DNA of 64,000 nucleotides from Candidatus Gottesmanbacteria bacterium (GTDB taxonomy: Bacteria > Patescibacteriota > Microgenomatia > UBA10105 > UBA927), in contig CAWEKC010000004.1 of assembly GCA_963809665.1 (NCBI GenBank), positions 37,172-101,171 of the forward strand, written 5' to 3'. The position numbers and the translations under genes are program-made. Positions 60,746 through 64,000 of the stretch are shown piece after piece (within the stretch, counting starts at the first letter, position 1; each line of letters starts with the position of its first letter). Below the pieces are notes generated by a model. That model was not told the origin of the DNA. It ran no database searches and was given only the letters and a program-made list of their open reading frames with translations.

Positions 60746-61864
60746 ATGAAAACAACAATTTCTGTCATCAAAGCAGATACTGGGTCCGTGGGAGGTCACA
60801 ACCGGCCGAGCGATGCAATGATGGTAAAAGCCACAGAACGTGTTGCGGAAGCCGTCAAAAACGGTCTTCTTTCTGACGGCCGCGTTACGTTTACGGGTGA
60901 CGATATTGCGCTTCTCATGATTCATGCGAAGGGAAAGGATAATCCGGATATCCATAAATTTGCATGGGATACGTTTGTGGAAACGACCAAAATTGCCAAA
61001 TCCCAGGGTTTGTACGGGGCCGGACAGGATCTTCTTAAAGATGCGTTCTCGGGTAATGTCCGCGGTATGGGGCCGGGGTCAGCTGAAATGGAAATCGAAG
61101 AACGGACAGCTGAACCGTTTATTGTTTTTGCCGGAGACAAATGCGGGCCAGGAGTCTTCAATTATCCGCTCTTCAGTTGTTTTGCAGACCCGTACCACAA
61201 CGCCGGGTTACTGCTTGCACCGGAAATGAGAGCAGGGTTCACCTATACCATTATGGATGTGAATCACACGGAAAACGATAAAGTTATTACGTTAAAAGTG
61301 CCGATTGATTATTACGATATTGCAACCCTGCTGCGGGACCCGAACCGCTATATTATCGAGAGTGTTACCGAAAACGCGACGGGTCTTATTGCGGCTGTCG
61401 CATCGACCAGCCGGCTGCATAATATTGCGGGTAAATACGTGGGGAAAGACGATCCTGTTGCTATTGTGCGGACACAGAAACAATTTCCATCAACCGGAGA
61501 AATTCTCTCGCCGTGGGCACTTGCGCACTTTAATCTCGGAGACAACAGGGGAAGCCATCATGTTGCCGTGATGCCGGTAAAGCAAAACACCATTATCTCG
61601 TTTTTTGACGGGCCTACCATTATGTCGGCGGCCGGCTATTGTGTCCACGAAGGGAAACTCACCGAAGCGGTTGACTATTTCGACCAGCCTTTCTGGGATG
61701 TCATCCGTGAAAAAGCCGCCAACAAAACGCTCGACATGCGTGCGCAGGGATTTTTCAACCCGGCCATGGGTCCGTCCGATGAGATGGAATATACGGGCGT
61801 TATGGAGAATCTGAAACGTCTGGATGCACAATTTGTAAAACGGGACGATAAACCAGCCGCATGA
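60746..61864 (+). CDS. Fructose-1,6-bisphosphate aldolase/phosphatase (class V FBPase)
   Basis: SVIKAD.GS.GGH, LYGAGQDLLKDAFSGNVRGMGP, AGKYVGKDDP, EMEYT; SD AGGAGG. Confidence 0.95.
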   Translation: MKTTISVIKADTGSVGGHNRPSDAMMVKATERVAEAVKNGLLSDGRVTFTGDDIALLMIHAKGKDNPDIHKFAWDTFVETTKIAKSQGLYGAGQDLLKDAFSGNVRGMGPGSAEMEIEERTAEPFIVFAGDKCGPGVFNYPLFSCFADPYHNAGLLLAPEMRAGFTYTIMDVNHTENDKVITLKVPIDYYDIATLLRDPNRYIIESVTENATGLIAAVASTSRLHNIAGKYVGKDDPVAIVRTQKQFPSTGEILSPWALAHFNLGDNRGSHHVAVMPVKQNTIISFFDGPTIMSAAGYCVHEGKLTEAVDYFDQPFWDVIREKAANKTLDMRAQGFFNPAMGPSDEMEYTGVMENLKRLDAQFVKRDDKPAA

Positions 61865-63570
61865 AGGCAGACATATACAAAAAATCCGCCAAGGATTGGA
61901 AATTTCCTCCGAATCTCGAGGATTATACCCGTACCCGGAAAAATTTTTCGTGGACGGCGGCGCGAAAGAATGTTGACTGGTTTGACGGGAAACTGAATGC
62001 GGCGTACAACGCGGTAGACCGGCATACGCTCACGTGGCGCAAAAATAAAGTGGCGCTCTACTGGGAAGACGAAGCGGGTAATGAAAAAAAATATACCTTC
62101 GAAGAACTATCTCTCTTATCCAATAAGGTAGGAAACATACTGAAGGATTTCGACGTTCAACGGGGAGACCGGGTATTCATATTCCTGCCGAGAATTCCGG
62201 AACTCTATTTTTGCTTTTTAGGAATTTTAAAGATCGGAGCGATTGCCGGAACTCTGTTTTCCGCATTCCAGGAACAGGCACTCGCGGACAGGCTCGCAAA
62301 CAGCGAAGCAAAAATTCTCATAACAACGAAAGAATTAAAGCCGCGCGTCGATAAAATCCGAAGGCGTCTTCCCGCACTGAAGCATATCCTTGTTGTTGAC
62401 GAACCGTCATTTACTAAAAGTGTCGAGCACGCCAGTGACGAACTGCGCGTCACCCAGATGGATCCTGACGAGTATGCGTTTATGCTCTATACGTCAGGTA
62501 CTACCGGCAAACCGAAAGGCGTTATACACGCACACAGGGCAATCATTCAGGAACACGTAACCGGTTCGTGGGTTCTGGACCTCCGCGATGATGACACGTA
62601 CTGGTGTACGGCAGACCCGGGATGGGTCACAGGTATTGCGTACGAAATACTGGGGAGCTGGAGCAACGGGGTGGCGGCACTTGTGTTCGCCGGACGCTTC
62701 GACCCGAAGCGCTGGTATACCTTGCTTGCCAAATACCGCATTACCGTCTGGTATACCGCGCCGACTGCGATCCGTATGCTTATGGCGGCCGGATCAGCAC
62801 TCGTCAAAGAATTTGATCTTACAAACCTGCGCCATATGGGATCCGTAGGCGAACCGTTGAATCCCGAAGCCATTAAGTGGGGCATCAAAGCATTCGGCAG
62901 GCCGTTTCACGATAACTGGTGGCAGACGGAAACCGGCGCCATCTGTATTGCCAATTACCCGTGCATGGACATTAAAATCGGTTCTATGGGTAAACCAATC
63001 CCGGGACTCACGGCAGATATTGTTGACGACGAAGGACACGAACTTGCACCCGATAAAGAGGGCAATATCGCACTTAAACCGAAGTGGCCCAGCTAGATGC
63101 GCGCCATATGGCGCCGTCCGCAGAAATATAAAAGCTATTTCGTCAACGGATGGTATATATCAGGTGACCGGGGCTGGAAGGATAAAGACGGATATTTTTG
63201 GTTTATCGGCCGGGCGGATGATGTCATTAAAACTTCCGGTGAACGCGTCGGGCCGTTTGAAGTGGAATCGGCGTTGGTTGAGCATCCGGCAGTCGTTGAG
63301 GCCGGCGTTATCGGCAAGCCGGACGCATTACGGGGGGAAATCGTCAAAGCGTTTGTCGTCCTGGAACCGAATACAAAACCGTCTGAAAAACTAAAAGCGG
63401 AACTGTCGGAGTATGTAAAAAAACATCTGGCCGGCCATGCATATCCTCGGGAAATCGAGTTTATCGATAAGCTTCCGAAAACCCGTTCCGGAAAAATAAT
63501 GCGGCGTATTTTAAAAGCAAAAGAAATGGGCCTGCCGGTCGGGGACACTTCTACGCTTGAGGAATATTAA
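61861..63570 (+). CDS. acs: Acetyl-CoA synthetase with in-frame TAG at 63094-63096 (probable error for ATG)
   Basis: YTSGTTGKPKG, WCTADPGWVTG, DNWWQTETG, WPS*MR, GRADD, LPKTRSGKIMRR. Confidence 0.9.
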
Positions 63571-64000
63571 ATAATACGACAAATTCGCCTTTGGGTGTAC
63601 TGAAATGTTTTTGTGCATCAGATATTGATCCTCGCCAAATCTCTTCATGAACTTTCGTCAATTCGCGCGCGATAACAATATCTATAACACCGAGTGTTGA
63701 TTTCATATCTTCCAACGTCGCAGCCAACTTATGCGGGGCGCAGTAGAAAATGATTGTCATCCCGGTGTAAGCCGGGATCTCCTGAAATAATTTCAGTCGC
63801 GCTGATTGCTTTTCCGGCGGATATCCTAAAAATATAAATTTATCCGGGGGCAGGCCGGAGCTCGTAAGAGCCGCCAAAATAGCTGACGGACCGGGGATAC
63901 TTTCGATGCTGATCCCGCGTTTGACGCATTGACGGACCAATCTGAATCCGGGGTCGGAAACGAGCGGCGTTCCTGCATCCGAAACGAGTGCGATGTTTTT
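63551..64000 (-). CDS. rsmI: 16S rRNA C1402 2'-O-methyltransferase, 3' part (window-truncated)
   Basis: LVSDAGTPLVSDPG, IPGPSA, ARELTKVHEE, PKGEFV. Confidence 0.95.
   Translation of the reverse strand, partial: KNIALVSDAGTPLVSDPGFRLVRQCVKRGISIESIPGPSAILAALTSSGLPPDKFIFLGYPPEKQSARLKLFQEIPAYTGMTIIFYCAPHKLAATLEDMKSTLGVIDIVIARELTKVHEEIWRGSISDAQKHFSTPKGEFVVLFNIPQA

Noticed and set aside
63094-63096. In-frame TAG in acs as pyrrolysine or amber recoding
   Set aside because: TAG ends many genes here (dnaE, pyrF, purH, metK); the site is a conserved Met and TAG is a two-base swap of ATG; no pyl genes seen.

Overview
64-kb chromosomal window of a bacterium using the standard code (TAA, TAG and TGA all end genes). 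Gene content and style (short holA/atpH, extended L19, near-leaderless promoters, CofE-like ligase) suggest Patescibacteria/Microgenomates; this is inference, not a search result. Order: glnA(3' part)-gatCAB-GGDEF-dnaE; F1Fo ATP synthase operon; CBS protein; a pyrimidine cluster (AsnRS-core/CarB-MGS fusion, pyrD, pyrF, pyrE, PRT-like orphan, pyrG, PRT); purFNHDLQECM behind an unclassified attenuator; rplS; tRNA-Lys and tRNA-Glu, each followed by two tiny integrase-free cassettes bounded by tRNA-end repeats; DEAD-box helicase, CNNM protein, tdk, dinB, SAM-I riboswitch-metK, rarA, holA; a gluconeogenic block (pgm, pgi/pmi, ppsA, eno, gpmI, FBP aldolase/phosphatase, acs); rsmI. Top lead: an anticodon-less AsnRS catalytic core fused to the allosteric MGS domain of carbamoyl-phosphate synthetase sits where carAB/pyrB/pyrC would be expected, suggesting an undescribed entry into pyrimidine synthesis. 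Several single-base disruptions of essential genes look like sequencing errors. All functional calls come from motif recognition by eye.
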